Below are positions 26,482-41,774 of a DNA stretch of 64,000 bases, in pieces. The translations under genes were made by a program, and so were the position numbers. The stretch's first letter is position 1; every line of letters starts with the position of its first letter. The DNA comes from Eledone cirrhosa (taxonomy: Eukaryota), in assembly GCA_964016885.1 (NCBI GenBank), contig OZ024743.1, forward strand, positions 315,146,001 to 315,210,000, given 5' to 3'. Below the pieces are notes generated by a model. It ran no database searches. It saw only the letters and a list, made by a program, of their open reading frames with translations, and was not told where the DNA came from.

Positions 26482-26876
26482 AAAATAGTTAAGCCAAATA
26501 TGTAAAATTTGGCTTCGTTTATTTTAAATTCAAAGTTACTGCTGTATATATTTCGGTGACAACCATCATTAGCTGTGACCTCTTCAGGCAGTCCGAATGT
26601 TGTTGAAGTGTGTTTTACTCCGTGAATATATCGATATGTCCAGCTCCTGGGTGTGTTTTTATTCCTCCGAGGAACTGGAGTTATATGCGTCCAGCTAATG
26701 ATGTTTGTCACCGAAATATATACAGTAGTAACTTTTAATTTAAAATAAACGAAGCCAAATTTTACATATTTGGCTTAATTATTTTACATTTCTCCGGAGT
26801 AAACAAACCAACCTGCGTACTTCGTCATGTGCTCCAATCTGCTTACTGAGGTGTCGGTAAACAACCAACATATACT

Positions 26877-26880
<4 letters not shown>
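26481..26880. mobile_element. PLE-like remnant with inverted arms 26481-26574 / 26692-26786
   Basis: ~95-bp inverted arms, (TA)n flanks, HHR motif on the minus strand. Confidence 0.75.
26538..26594 (-). ncRNA. Minimal hammerhead-like motif
   Basis: actgc-CTGAAGA-GGTCACAGCT(aatgat)GGTTGTCACC-GAAA-TATA-TA-cagcagt; stem I weak. Confidence 0.55.
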
Positions 26881-26919
<39 letters not shown>

Positions 26920-27004
26920 TAGATAGATAGATAGATATAGATATAGATATATATGTGTGTTTGTGATGTGTATCTATTTATCCATCTATCTATCTATCTC
27001 TCTC

Positions 27005-27069
<65 letters not shown>

Positions 27070-28150
27070 GTGTATATGTCTTGTCTATACATATGTTTAT
27101 AATATAGGTATAAGTTAGACATGGCCTGGCCCAATACTGGTCGAAACATATCAAAGTTATCAATGTTATATATATAGAGAGAGATATGTATATATGTATA
27201 TATATAGTTTGTGTAGATCAACAGGATCGTAGTCTTCATTAAGACATCTCTCTAGGAGTAGTTCACTCTGATATAAAACCTACGAATTCGTTTGCATCCA
27301 TTGATGTAGACCAGTTCTATTTTTGGGGGTAAATGCATTCGATGAGTGAGTTTGGCCTCGTGGAAAGCCCTTCCGCACTTAAAAAAAGCTTCAAGCACAT
27401 GCATCGCTTGATAGGTGACATTTCTTTGCGATGCATGGCAGGAATAAAAAGCCACGGCAGTGATGCTCATGTTCAAGTATCAAGCTATGGCATTATTCGA
27501 AATATATATATATATATCGGGTTCAATCGGAGATGACCATAGTAAGTAAGGTACTCAATACATTAGTAGAGTGTAAAATTTAATATAGAAATGGCTTCTA
27601 CTTTACTCGATCTGTTTCATTCGAAGGAAATTATCAGTAGAGCCAAAGATCATCCCCTTCCCTAACCAACAGAACACATCCAAATACCTCCATACTATAT
27701 TTTTTTAGTGCGCTCCCTACCACTCATAATTGAATCTTAAACGTTACCTTTTACTTAATTCTTCTGTCTGAAGAAATCATATCTATCGCCATGGAAATAT
27801 GTATAACGGCTCAAATAATAAAACACTCTAGAATCTTCGACTTCGCAATTTCGTCTTCATATATATATATGTATATATATATATAAAGTGGCACTCCGTC
27901 CGTCACGGCGATGAATGTTGTAGTTGATTTGATCAACATAACAGCCTGATCGTGAAATTAATGTAGTTCTTAGGGAGATTCAGCGTGTCAAATCTCACTC
28001 TTCAAATTTCAGGAACAACTCATATTTGCCAGCTGAGTAGACTGGACCAACGGGAAATACAATGCCTTGCGCAATGTCATGTCGCAGTACGCCATCGGGA
28101 TTCGAACTCACGACATTACGATTGTGAGCTCAATACCTTAACCACAAAGC

Positions 28151-28230
<80 letters not shown>

Positions 28231-28584
28231 TTGCCAATTGTTTGTTATTTTATATATTAAGTGTTTCCGTAAGAAAGGTAAAGGAAAGGAGAGTGCCCTA
28301 TTTAAGCTACAGAGCTATTTAGTTAGGTAATAACTATATATATATATATATATATAGTATTAATAATAAATACTAAGACCAAAATCCAAAGAGGATGCGA
28401 TAATAGTTCTATATATAAAACTACATATAAACCCGTAGAGCAAATATTTATTATGAGCACAGATGATTTTAAGCAAACAATTTCTGTTTACACCCTAAAG
28501 CGGGATCTTCATAAGTTCTCACTTTAATGGTGACAACAGAAATTGATTACATAAACTTTTAATCTGTGCAAATGTATATATATA

Positions 28585-29325
28585 CTAGCAGAATGGCCCG
28601 ACGTGGCTCGGTCTTCTAAACATAGATTGGCATGTTTATTCTGAAACAGTACAGAGAAGTACGGAATATCTCTGCCTGGGGATGGGTCTACATTTTGTGC
28701 TTATAAAAAAGTTTGTCGTAGATTACCAGGGGTTTAACTTAATTAGGTGCCTGTGAGTAAATGTTCAACCCACCAAAGCCGAGACGATAGGGTTAAGTAA
28801 AAAGACATTCGACAAACCGAACATATATTTATTGTGCTATGGTACAATGAAAGTTACAGAGCAGTAAGCATGTGGGACTCCAGTGGTGGAGAGCATGAAA
28901 GAATTTAGTTGGATACTTTTAACGTTACAAAAATCTACCCAATCTGATATAGACCGAATTGTTATATCGCATGCCGAAAACTTCGGAGTTACTATTAGGG
29001 TCACCATCAACAATTTCAAGGGATGTACGTTTATGTAATGATAATATAGTCTATAAAGAAACGTAACACTTTCAAAATACTTCAGAGTTGTCTCTCTTGA
29101 TCATTGTGGACAAAATTGCCGAACTGACAAAAAGAGCTTAAAGTGTTAGTGTAAAAAACGCTTTTAACAACAGAAAATTGAAAAAAAAAAGCTGCAGATA
29201 ATATCTTTAGACCGCAAACAATATATAGATGCAAATTTGAAGTCAATCGGAGTAGAAATGTGGATTTGTATAGACTTTCCAAAATTAGGACACACACACA
29301 AACAGACAACTTCAGTTTTATATAT
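28585..29325 (-). mobile_element. Non-autonomous Helitron
   Basis: Minus strand ends ccgagccacgtcggg...ctgCTAG|T; 5' end resembles tatatataaaactgaagttgtctg. Confidence 0.65.
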
Positions 29326-30469
29326 ATGTATATATATATATATATATACACAGAGGTATCCACTGTAAGTTGTGGGGTCTATTCTGTATGAATAACTCAA
29401 TGTAAGCCATATGTTGAAAATGTTTTTAGGTTAAGATAAATCTCAGAAAACAATACAACATTATAAGGAAAACAGAGTCATGATATAAGTTAAAACAATG
29501 AAATAAAAAAGTCATTAGGGATATAGTTCACTGCTTTACGATCGTTTCTAGATGGTGATAATACATTGTATCTATACTCAGCTATTGATCTATGTAAGTT
29601 TACAAACTATCAGATAGAGAAAATATTTACTTACATACATATCACCAGCTGTTTTCAAAAGCAATAATAATGTTATTCAATAATAATTTTACTCAGAAGT
29701 AGTATCATGTCCATATTTGGAGGTAGTTGAAGAACTAACGAATCAAATTGTTTTTTTCATATGGTGTTAAGATGAAAAGTAATACACTTTAGTTGAGGTC
29801 ATGACCCTTTGAAAGGAATGGTTGAAAGGTGTTAGTAGAAATGGCATAAAAATCTATGAGGAAGGAGGGGGATTGTCAAACTGATAGTTGAATGTATCTT
29901 GTATAGTGAATTTAAAAGGAATGTCAAAATAAATGGTGATTAGTGTTGTATTGAATTTTAAGGTGAATATAAATTAATGTTATGGCTAGGAAAGATAGTA
30001 TATTAAAAGATGAAAATTATAATAAGATAATGAGATATAGTAATGCGATAAGATACAACTTAACCAACAGAATATAGTACGGTGTCTTAAATTGCACTCA
30101 GTATAATATAACATATTATACGCTCCAAAATATTACTAAGTATGTTTATGCATAAACAGTCAAAATCAGATAAGTACATGTTGGCATAGTTAAAGCACAT
30201 AAATTTCATAGTCTACAAAGTGCATCTATTCACACTACATATAGAGAGAGGTACAGTTATATTGATATCTAACCAAAATATATATACGTGCAAATAGATG
30301 CAAACCTAAATACACATCCACACGCATGCATATAATCATATATATACATATCCATACACATATATATCCACACATACACATCTATACCCCCATATATACA
30401 TATACATATACACAGATATATATATATATATATTTATAGATATATATATATATATATATAATATATTAT

Positions 30470-30514
<45 letters not shown>

Positions 30515-30527
30515 ATATATACACATA

Positions 30528-30569
<42 letters not shown>

Positions 30570-30827
30570 TACACACATTCATACATATATACATATATAC
30601 ATGTACATACATATACACACACACATACATACACATATACATACACATATACACACACACATTTTAAGTTATCTTATGTGTATATATATATATATATACA
30701 CATATATACACATATATACATATACATACATATACACATACAAACATACACACAAAAGCCTATACATATATACACATATACACATACATAAACATATATA
30801 TATATACATATACATATATATATATAC

Positions 30828-30940
<113 letters not shown>

Positions 30941-31199
30941 AACATAGATACACATAAATATATTTCCATATCATACATAGATGTTTATTTTTACTCATGC
31001 AATTACGGTTGGCTGTGTATCTTGTTACCTTTAGTCATTAACGCATAAATCTAAGGAAGCTAAAACATTAAAAGGCAAAAATAAGCATGACAGCATATAA
31101 TCAGGGGAAAGAGGTACGAATAAATGTTATTCTATACGGAATTATAGTGAGTTGCAATTTAGAATATTTAGTTAGGTTTATAGTATTTAATTAGGTTTA

Positions 31200-31550
31200 T
31201 AATATTTAAATGTTTTTCGTATACGGTGATTACAGACTATGATCAATTCCTGTCTTTTATTTAATAAATCGTGCTTAGATTTAGTAATTTCCAAGATCTC
31301 TCCTGAACATAATCTGCATTCCCTCCTGCTTCCAAGATATGGCGTTTTTTGTAGAATGGTGTTCCACGATAACTTAAAATCAATCTATTTTTTCCTTTTT
31401 ATAATTATATACCGCTTCAGTTAAAATGTGGAGTTTGGCTAGTTTAGTATTGTTGAAACTACTAGAGTGTGCGTAAAATCTTTTCTTAAATGTGTTTGAT
31501 GTAGATCCTATATATGTTTTGTTGGAGTCTGTAGTAGACACAGTGCATTT
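31200..31550 (-). pseudogene. Penelope-like GIY-YIG endonuclease C-terminal fragment
   Basis: Manual translation: KTYIGSTSNTFKKRFYAHSSSFNN...FKLSW...//ECRLCSGEILEI...LLNKRQELIIVCNH, with frameshifts. Confidence 0.75.
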
Positions 31551-31733
31551 ATTATTACAATATTATATATTACATGATTAATTATATATATATATATATA
31601 TAAACATTTTTTTTCTTATTTTAATTGAGTTTGAATTATTTTCCCACATCTTACGGTAATTATTTTTACATTTTGACGTTATAGTCACTCACAATAATTT
31701 CTCTATTTTCATTTGTATATATATATATATATA

Positions 31734-31818
<85 letters not shown>

Positions 31819-31953
31819 ATATAGCAATTATATAATACTCATCTTTTTCCATTTACCCCATTATCAGGCTTAAATTCCTTTAGTCAAAAATACGGTGAAA
31901 GCTATTCTATATTCTAATTCCAAACCTGCTCACTGTTTCAAAACATACTTACT

Positions 31954-32003
<50 letters not shown>

Positions 32004-32004
32004 A

Positions 32005-32059
<55 letters not shown>

Positions 32060-32508
32060 CATGTGTGTGACTGTGTGTGTGTGTCTGTGTGAGTGTGTAT
32101 GTGTGTGACTCAGTGTGGGTGTGTGCCTGTGAGTGTGTGTGTGTATTTCTGTGTCCTTTCGTTTGTATTTATATATTTACAAAAAAAATCTTTTTATGGT
32201 TTCCAATTAAAAGTTGCTTTTCGTTTTGTTTCGCTGCCGTTCGTTGTCATGTCGTTTCTTTGTTAGTATGCTTACGTTTATAAATAAATAAATAAATAAA
32301 TATATATATATAAATATATATATAAATATATATATGTATATGTGGTAAGGAACCAGATGGACCATAGCGCAACAAAGTACTCAATACTTAGGGTAGTAGA
32401 GTGGGTAATAGGAACAAGTAGGACCCCGATTGCTGAGCTCAAGCCGTTTCGACGGCTAATTAGCCGTCGAAACGGCTTGAGCTCAGCCGTCAGAGTCTTA
32501 CTTGTTCC

Positions 32509-32539
<31 letters not shown>

Positions 32540-32671
32540 TTGTAAATATCTATATATATAGATATATAGATATATAGATTTAAATGAATGTATATATGTA
32601 TGCATATATTTATATGTATATATACTATATGAATATATATATAATATATATGTGTGTCTGTTTGTGTGTGT

Positions 32672-32871
32672 NNNNNNNNNNNNNNNNNNNNNNNNNNNNN
32701 NNNNNNNNNNNNNNNNNNNNNNNNNNNNNNNNNNNNNNNNNNNNNNNNNNNNNNNNNNNNNNNNNNNNNNNNNNNNNNNNNNNNNNNNNNNNNNNNNNNN
32801 NNNNNNNNNNNNNNNNNNNNNNNNNNNNNNNNNNNNNNNNNNNNNNNNNNNNNNNNNNNNNNNNNNNNNNN
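32672..32871. other. Assembly gap (200 N)
   Basis: Run of N. Confidence 1.
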
Positions 32872-33285
32872 CTGTAAAACATTGGTAACTGAAATCCCTA
32901 CGCGTCATCATATTGCTGTCCCCCGATTGGTTACTGATTCAGAAATGTACGTGATGTTAGCAGACGAAATTCAAATAGTTCCGCTCCCGCCATAAGCACT
33001 CAGCCAACGTATCTCAAACACAAATTAACAAGTGAGTGAAAAAAATCGGTTATTAGAGAAAATCAGTCTCTAATCGCTGTATAATAGAATGACAGGATTC
33101 GGCCTCCAGTCTCCAGGTACCATGGCGAGAAATAGTGCGACAGTAATAATGGTCGTCTTTATATATATATATATTGTATATATATATATTGTGTGTGCTG
33201 AAAACAGATTACAAAAACAATGGAAGAAGAACCGAAAGATGGACAGTCCTATTTCCCAAGTCAACCACTACAGTTTCTGTGCACA

Positions 33286-33393
33286 GAAGAAGAAGAAGAA
33301 GAAGAAGAAGAAGAAGAAGAAGAAGAAGAAGAAGAAGAAGAAGAAGAAGAAGAAGAAGAAGAAGAAGAAGAAGAAGAAGAAGAAGAAGAAGAA
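33286..33393 (+). repeat. (GAA)n microsatellite; (TTC)n at ~37123-37196
   Basis: Direct reading. Confidence 0.98.
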
Positions 33394-36300
33394 AGACGGT
33401 TGGAGACCCTAAAAGAAATTTCTACAAGGAATACCAGGAAATGATTTCTCCATAAGAACAAATCATTAGCAAATGAACTATAACGGCAAAAGGTTTTATA
33501 CAATATTGGAAAGTAGTGCGTTAATACCACACAGAATCGAATTAATCATTTTTGTCTCTGATCACTTGAATAAATAATAATAATTACTAAATTATTCTTA
33601 ATCGTTATTACACAACTTCTCTATAATTCTGGTGTGATACCTATTAAAACGAACAATATTCACAGTATTTGTCCTGCTGTGTTTACACTAGCTGTTGCTT
33701 GAATGTTTGCAGCAAATATTGGCAGTAATAATTTATAGTGGGTCATTGGTGGAAGTCTCTTCGCCGGAATGGAGTTAGAATTTAAATCACAAGCTCTTAG
33801 TTGAAACGGAAGTTAGTAAAATGCAGTGTTAAATCAAACAAGATTAATTTCGGGCACCGGAAGTCGATTCTCTGCTTGAAAGTCCGATATATAACGACAC
33901 ATTTGCAGTTTACAGAATCGATTCGCGATATGAAACATTTATAATGCTTATGCCGCCATACTTTCCTGTGTGCCACTTTAACATAGTCCATATATATGTC
34001 TTAGGAATATAACCAAGTTGTAATGTACTAATATTGAATCCTGCTGACAAATGTTAATGTTCTCAGAAAGCTGGAATTGTAAATAATGTGACCAATTATC
34101 GAAATGTATCTTTTGAAGACACAGCATGGACGAATGATTAAATACTTCCCTTCACTATCATATGGCATGCGTGGTGGCTTGAATATGAGACATTTTCCAT
34201 ACATTGTAAGTGAATTTGATTAGAGAGAAACTGTCGGATGCCTATACCTGTAATTCTCACGGCATTGTCAGGCTGAATCTCCCTGAGAATTTTAAAATCA
34301 GGATATCCCTTTGTTCGAACATCATAGAAACCAACGAAAGTACTGTAACTATGAAAGCCATACAAATGGATTTTGTGGTGTAATCAAATTGCATTGAACA
34401 GGTATCATCGAATCACTTATTTCTCTAGCACTACGCTATTCACCAACGTCGATGGAATAGAGTTCCATTTGTTAGATCAATGGAATGGCCTGCTTGTAAA
34501 ATCAAACATACATATTGCTGTGCATTCCTCAGACACGTGCACATTTGATCTAAATCTCAGGGTGATTCCGCAAGATGTGGTTTGCGTAAATAGACTGGAT
34601 CATTGAATTTAAACTACAGTCCATCCGATAGTTTCCAAACAATTTCCGGCTATGGTAGATGACACTTTCTAAGATGTCATGAAGTTAGATCGAATCAGGG
34701 AACTTACGATTGTGAAGGGAGGCCGACATCTTAACCACTCAGCCATACTGCGGTCAAACCAGCTTCGATAAGTTTTACATACACACACTTGTATTTCCTC
34801 ATCCTCTGTATACATTCGAAATACTTTAATTAACCACAAATTGTCTGAACTTTTACAAAGTGATTTGTTAATTGACTTGTCAAATGCTGACGTCAATCCC
34901 CTTAATTAAAACTGTTCATCTTTCATTAGAGGTTTCTACAAGATATTTTTCCTCTCATTGATTTATTATTTTTCATATGGGTCGCCTTAGATGATAATTC
35001 TTTCATCTAATTCCATACACAACATTCCGGTTCTTTTCTTTTTAATTGATTTTTTGTTGTACTTGCTTTTCATTCTGACAGAAGATCATTACATAATTAT
35101 TTTATTTATATCATTATGTTTCTTTTCTTCTTTTTGTTCTATAATTAACAACTTTTTAATTATAAGAATCTTTTGGTAAAGAGACAAAGCATTTTATTAC
35201 TCTGTGCTACGAGGAAAGAAATATTTGTTGTGATCTTTTAAAGTTTACAGGTTAGTCATGGAAAGAAGAGTATATCCTTGACCTGTATTTAAAGGTCTCA
35301 GAGAATGGAAGGAAGGGATGGAGGAACGGACCCTCGTACATAAGACCGGGTTCAAATGCTTGCAAATGATTGACCTCTGCTAGAATGCACCCAAGATCAA
35401 GAAACAGAAAGCAACCGTATGTGTGACAGAGGGAGAGTGTGTGTATGTGTGTGTATTTTGTGTGTGTGTCTGTTGTGTGTGTGTTTCACTGTTTCATCAG
35501 GCTTTCCAAAGCTGGTAGAAATGATTGAATAAGATACCATCGCATTTGAGGCCTGGCCTGATATGCTATATGTGTCCTTATGGAGGAGCCGAAAAATAGA
35601 ATCCCGACTCATAGCATCACGTAAATGTTTGAACCAGTGGCCAATCGGTTGACGGTACTTTGATGACGCGTAGGGATTACAGTTACTAATATACTACTGT
35701 GTCGCCTGTCCCATTTACTGTCATAGGAAACACGGACTGGAAACGAATTCTCTCGATCAATTGGTTATTGATTAGGCGATACACGCTGATGAAGCCACAT
35801 GCACCGATTGTGCATTGTTGCATAATAAATGCAGACAATAGATGCTGTATGCTCTTTTGCTGCATTAAAGTGTGGCCGAAACACGAGTACCGGTATAGAT
35901 TTATGGTACCCATTTACGTATGTTGTATTGAAACAAATATCTGTGTGTCTCAGTGTACTCAATAGGTAAGGTTATGTAAAAATCCCAGAATAAACACAAA
36001 GTTATTTGACTCAATACAGGTACTAGCAGTATAACGTATGCTAGTCTCGTCAACGTATTATATATCTCGCTCTACATGGGGAAGCCATCACTGTCTAGAA
36101 ACGTATTCAATACGTTAACAGAGTATAGGTGTATTGATTTTATTATAGAAATTATTCCAAAGGACTAGAACTGTTCCATCACAATAAATCATGATGATTA
36201 TCATGATGACCATCACTTACAAATGAAACTAATCTAATCCTAAGCCATTTCTATAATAAAATGAATATATATATAAATATAGAAAAGCTTTCCTCGTGAT

Positions 36301-36497
36301 TTCTTTCGTATGAAACAGATCTAGTCCTGTAGACGCCATTTTTATATCAAATTTGATGTTTACACTCTACTAATGTCTTGAGTACCATACTTACTGTGGT
36401 TACTCCCGATTGAACCTGGGATTCTCACACACACACACACACAACACACGCATACACACATACACACATACATACGTACATACATACACACACACAA

Positions 36498-36562
<65 letters not shown>

Positions 36563-38032
36563 TATTATTTTTTTTTAATCATTCTTTTGGACGAATCTAT
36601 AGGACATAACAAATTGTGGATGTTTATAAGACAGTTATTTGTAGAGTTGGTAAATACTTGCCTTGTTTGTTCGCCCTAAAGAGAGATAATCTAAATTGCC
36701 AATTTCGGAAGCACTATAAATAGTATAGAACCATTCGCGCCAGACAATTCAATTTGAGATGCCCACATAGCTGAGGCGTAGAAGGTGAAATGGAAAATAC
36801 TAAGTTAATTGACGACTATAATGAATGTATGTGCTCTTAACTGACCAATAATTTATACGTGATTCCGATGACGAGCCAACTTGTGGATATATACTATGAT
36901 CTCTAAATGTTCTAGAAATAGTAGCTAATGCTGTCATCTGTAATAACCTGTTAGAAAATTAAACGAGATAAAATTCGTTGAAAAAAAAATGATATGCGTT
37001 TTACGTTTTACTTCTTCGTTTAGATGGGGGAGGGGGGGGGGGTGAGCAGCATTTGAATGAAAGGGGATGTTAGGATAAGATAAGATGAAATAATGAAATA
37101 GTGTTAGTTCATGGAGTTGTATCTTCTTCTTCTTCTTCTTCTTCTTCTTCTTCTTCTTCTTCTTCTTCTTCTTCTTCTTCTTCTTCTTCTTCTTCTCTGC
37201 CTCCACGAACTTCCCAGAAATAAGTGAGTAAAGAAGAAGAAGAAGAAGAAGAATATTGTGAAGGAAGACGTGCCTCCTGTTTGTGAACTCTGTTGCTACG
37301 TTAGTAGTTAGTAATGGGTAGTCATTAGTAGCAATTAGTTTCGGTTCTACAATCCTTCTTCAGATACAATAATTCCTGAATTGGCAAATATGCTACAGGC
37401 TGGAGTATGTATAAACGAATTTCCACGAGTCCAGATTATTCAAATCCTTTAGAGTAGATTCCCGCTTCCGAATGGAATGTATTTCCGCAATTCGGAAGTT
37501 CATCGCATCATTGTGTTCTGCAAGTATTTTTTTTTTTTTCTTTTGTGATATTTCTTTCGCGTTCTTCGTTCTCTTTAAATACTGCACTCAGACGTGTTGT
37601 TTTGTGCGAAAACTTTCTAAACTATGTAGTGTAATTGCTGCTTCGTGGAGCCGATGCAGTTAATCACGCAAGAACAGATTAGTTCGCACATTACCAGGCC
37701 TTAGTCGAGGGTAGTTTTCTAATGCAGTGGTGTTGTCTCTGATGTCCATTCACCCCTCTTTTCCCTTCTCTCTATCCTCCCATCTCTCAATATCTCGCTC
37801 CTATTTAATCGCTCTCATTCCCCTCTCTCTTCTCTATAATCTTGTTTCTTTTTTGTTATTGATGTTGATCATGTTGGAGATGTTATCTTTAAGACTTTAG
37901 GTGGATGCTGGTGACGGGTCATACATCTGCTTATCTAATATATATAATTATCATACATTGTCTCATTTAATATATATAATTGATGGTAACCAACTAGTCA
38001 TGCCTTGTTATACATATATATATACATATATA

Positions 38033-38760
38033 CTAGTTGTACCATCCGGTTCGCGCCCGGCTAGGTATACCTGCCCCCACCAATCCACTGCAAAGACACA
38101 CCCTTCCGTGTCACATCGTTCTTCCGACTCTCTCTATGTCTCTCTCTCTGAATAACTAACACTTTAATTGTATCTCTCTCTGTCTAACGGCCTATCTCTC
38201 TCTTTCCCCACCCTCTGTTTTTCTGTCTCTCTCTGTAGATGAGTGTGCATAGTTTTCCTAATCTTTCTCTAAATCTCTCTCTTTCTCTCTTTCTCTCTTT
38301 CTCTCTTTCACTCTCTCTTTATCTTTCTCTCTATTTCTCTTTCGCTCTCTCTCTCTCTATGCGTATATATTGAAGGGAGATGCAGAACCTAAAACAGTGT
38401 TGTCATATAGAGAGTGAAGAGCGATAGAGAGAGTAAAGCAGTTAAATTATAGAGAGGGGGAATGATCTTACATAATACATACATGCATACATACATATAA
38501 AGTATAGATATGTGTGTGTGTGTTGCCTTTTGATGTATGTTTTACCTGCTTGTGCGTTGACCGAATTTGAAGGAGGTTGTCTTTTTGAAATAAACATACA
38601 TACGACGCTCATCTCTATGTTGAAATATTGACGCTAGATACGGAAAGTAAAAGAGTGTTGTCATATAGAAAGTGAAGAGAGACAGAGAGTAAAGCATTTA
38701 AATTATAGAGAGGGTGAAAGAGGGAGAGAGTGAGACGACGCTCAGCTTTATAATATTATA
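38033..38760 (-). mobile_element. Non-autonomous Helitron (same family as 4141-4656)
   Basis: Minus strand: tataatattataaagctgagcgtcg ... ccgggcgcgaaccggatggtacaaCTAG|T. Confidence 0.75.
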
Positions 38761-38792
38761 TATATATATATAAATAAATATATATATATATT

Positions 38793-38862
<70 letters not shown>

Positions 38863-39657
38863 TATAGTGAATGTGATTTATGTGCATCAACACAAGAGAT
38901 GTCGGCAAGAGAATATGTGATTATGTATGATTGTGCGCGTGTATGTGTCTGAGGAAGTATGTGTATGTAAACGACAGTAACCATTGAAGTAAAAACAATT
39001 GCCTGATACTTTTGTGTATAGAACAGAACATTATTCTCAAAAACTATTATTCAAGACACATTCCAATATCCATCAACTTTCGAACCTTCCATCATTAACA
39101 CTTTATATTATATTTTATCATATTTTGTTGTGATAAATGTCTTGTCGTTTTAGTGAACGATAAAGCTTTTCTCTTGTCATACTTCGCTTCCCTACCAACG
39201 TACGATTTACTATTGTACAAAACATATTAGGACCGCACCTTAAAGACGCTATTTTTTATGGTAATGACCATTTGAAATTATTATAATTCCAGCTAGGCGT
39301 AAATGGCAGTTAGACATGACTGGAGATGAAAGGTGGAAAATAAAACTAAATGCAACAAAATAAAGATGACTGTCCAAACTAAAACAAAACGAATCCACGA
39401 AGGAATGCAACAAATGAAAGGCTCTAACGTAATTATCCTGAGAGATGGTGAAATTTTATACTGCCCTGCAGAACATGTTGTCAATCTCTAGGCATTATTT
39501 CAAATCGCTTTATTCCCAGAATACTCTGTGTCAGTTAAATACCGGGTTATATTATAAAATCAATGATACAAGTAAAAAACTAATTCTTCTTCACCATTCA
39601 CTGATGAATTCGACATCGAAAGCAACATACCTATTCCCGTATGAGCCAACTGCAACT

Positions 39658-39693
<36 letters not shown>

Positions 39694-39755
39694 AAATGTT
39701 CGCCCTACATGGCTGAAAACAATAAACGTAATCTGAGTTTTCCGAATATTAATGA

Positions 39756-40100
39756 CTAGCAGAGGTACCCGGCGTGCCTCGGGTATTAAATACCAGTTGT
39801 GTATACCATTTATGTCAATACTTCAGTGCTGCTTCGAAAAGTATACTTTTACAAAATCATCGGCTTTTTCCAAAAGGGGGTTCCTGCCCACAGGAGTCCC
39901 GTACTCAATATGTGTCAATTCTGAGAGTTCACATTCATCTGTAGGACAAACGTAGCCCATGTGTCAAGTTTTGTGAAAATCGGTTGCAAACTCCAGAAGT
40001 TATGAGGTTTTGTTGCATTGCACTGCAGTGCTTCAGTCGACTCCAAGGAAGTGATTAAAGGGGGTTATCTGCCGGGAGTCCCTTAAATCAATATCTGGAA
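39756..40100 (-). mobile_element. Helitron 3' end (other boundary uncertain)
   Basis: Minus strand acccgaggcacgccgggt hairpin, then acctctgCTAG|T. Confidence 0.6.
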
Positions 40101-40767
40101 AAATGAAAGTGCCCATGACCGCGCGCGTGTGTGTATGTGCGCGCGTGTGGGGGGGGGTATGTATTTGTGTGTGCGTATGTTTGTGTATGTCCGTCGGGGC
40201 ATACGTATGTACTGGCCTAAATCTTCACTATTTACTTTAACTATTTTAATAACCTCTGTCATTTTCGTTTTCAATTTTATTTACATCATTCTTAAACTTC
40301 GGGGGTGGTAATCATTCTGTTATTTTAAATAGAATATTAGTCTAAAGACTCCATTTATACCATAAACTTGGTCTTGTCTTTGCATTAAATTGTTCTTTTC
40401 GGTCTACATAGCGACGTATTATCCTCGCTTTTTTCCGGTCATTGCCAGGGAACGTCTTCACGAACCAAAATATCGTCTTCCTGTTTTCCTTCGGTTGCAA
40501 CGTTTCTCGAAATGTTTACTTCTGCGTTCACAGATTACTCTCAGTTCAATTTGAATGAGAAATTCATGTTTCATCGATTTTCTCCGTAACCATGGAAGCT
40601 TGTAGCTTGAAAGTCGATCCTACGCCTCCTCGGGGCATTCTGCATAACTGTGTAAATTTTCGCTGCATTCCACGAAGCCGTTTCGACGTTTATCCGACTA
40701 CACTTACTTACTTACTTAAATATACAACGTCCGACCACTTCCAATTTATATAGTAGATAACATTGAG

Positions 40768-40962
40768 GTGAACAGTCAGCTGTACGGAAGAAGGGTGATA
40801 CCTAGAGACATTAGTGTCTGCAGTTCTGTTCACATGCCAACACAAGAGCAAGAATGAAGGATTATTTCTACTGATATGGCTATAAAATTGAGGCTTGTTT
40901 GAATATTGCAAATGAATCGCATGTTATTATTAATATTCGAAAAACTCAGATTACGTTTATTT
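40768..40962 (+). mobile_element. HHR-bearing repeat with degenerate core, same family as 50916-51275; tail fragment at 39688-39753(-)
   Basis: agctgta-CGGAAGA-AGGGTgatACCT-AGAGA-CATTAGTG-TC-tgcagtt. Confidence 0.7.
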
Positions 40963-40969
40963 ATATATA

Positions 40970-41113
<144 letters not shown>

Positions 41114-41734
41114 CGAAGGAAATGTGGTAAGGAACCAGATGACACATAACGCACCAAAGTACTCAATACTTAGGGTAGTAGAGTGGGTAATAGGAACGAA
41201 TAGGACGTCGACGGCTGAGCTCAAGCCGTTTCGACGGCTAATTCTGGACTAAATGAAAAATGTTATCCTGGTAAATGAATAGCCGAGCTTCTCTGGGGTA
41301 ATTCCATATATGGTAAAAGTGATTGTCACAAGGATTGGTCAGAAGTTTGTTGTTGAGACACATAATTCTATCATGGCATTTTGTGGGAGGAAGGGGTAGC
41401 TGAACTTGCCAGTAGAAGAAAGAGGGAGAGGGAGGGGAGGAAACCCAGTCGTTCGTTGAAAGTGGAAATTACGGCAGAATCCTAAGGATAAGAGGTCAAG
41501 AGAAGTATACTAGAGAGGGGGAGGGGGAAGGGAGTCGAAACAATAAGTAAATCTATATGGAGTATATATATAGAAAAATTAAGAATGTTAAAAATATTAA
41601 AAACAAAATATATATAGAAAAAAATATAAATAAAAAAAATATAAAAAAAATATAAAAGAATGTATAAAAAGTACAGAATTAGCCGTCGAAACGGCTTGAG
41701 CTCAGCCGTCGGGATCCTACTCGTTCCTATATAT

Positions 41735-41774
<40 letters not shown>

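Noticed and set aside
29400-30060. Possible degraded PLE coding remnant
   Set aside because: Strand-biased composition only; no convincing motif on manual translation.
34138-34606. Unique, moderately GC-rich stretch with short ORFs
   Set aside because: No recognisable domain or consistent exon structure.
37393-37700. Possible coiled-coil coding remnant
   Set aside because: Interrupted by stops and a poly-T run; no family recognised.
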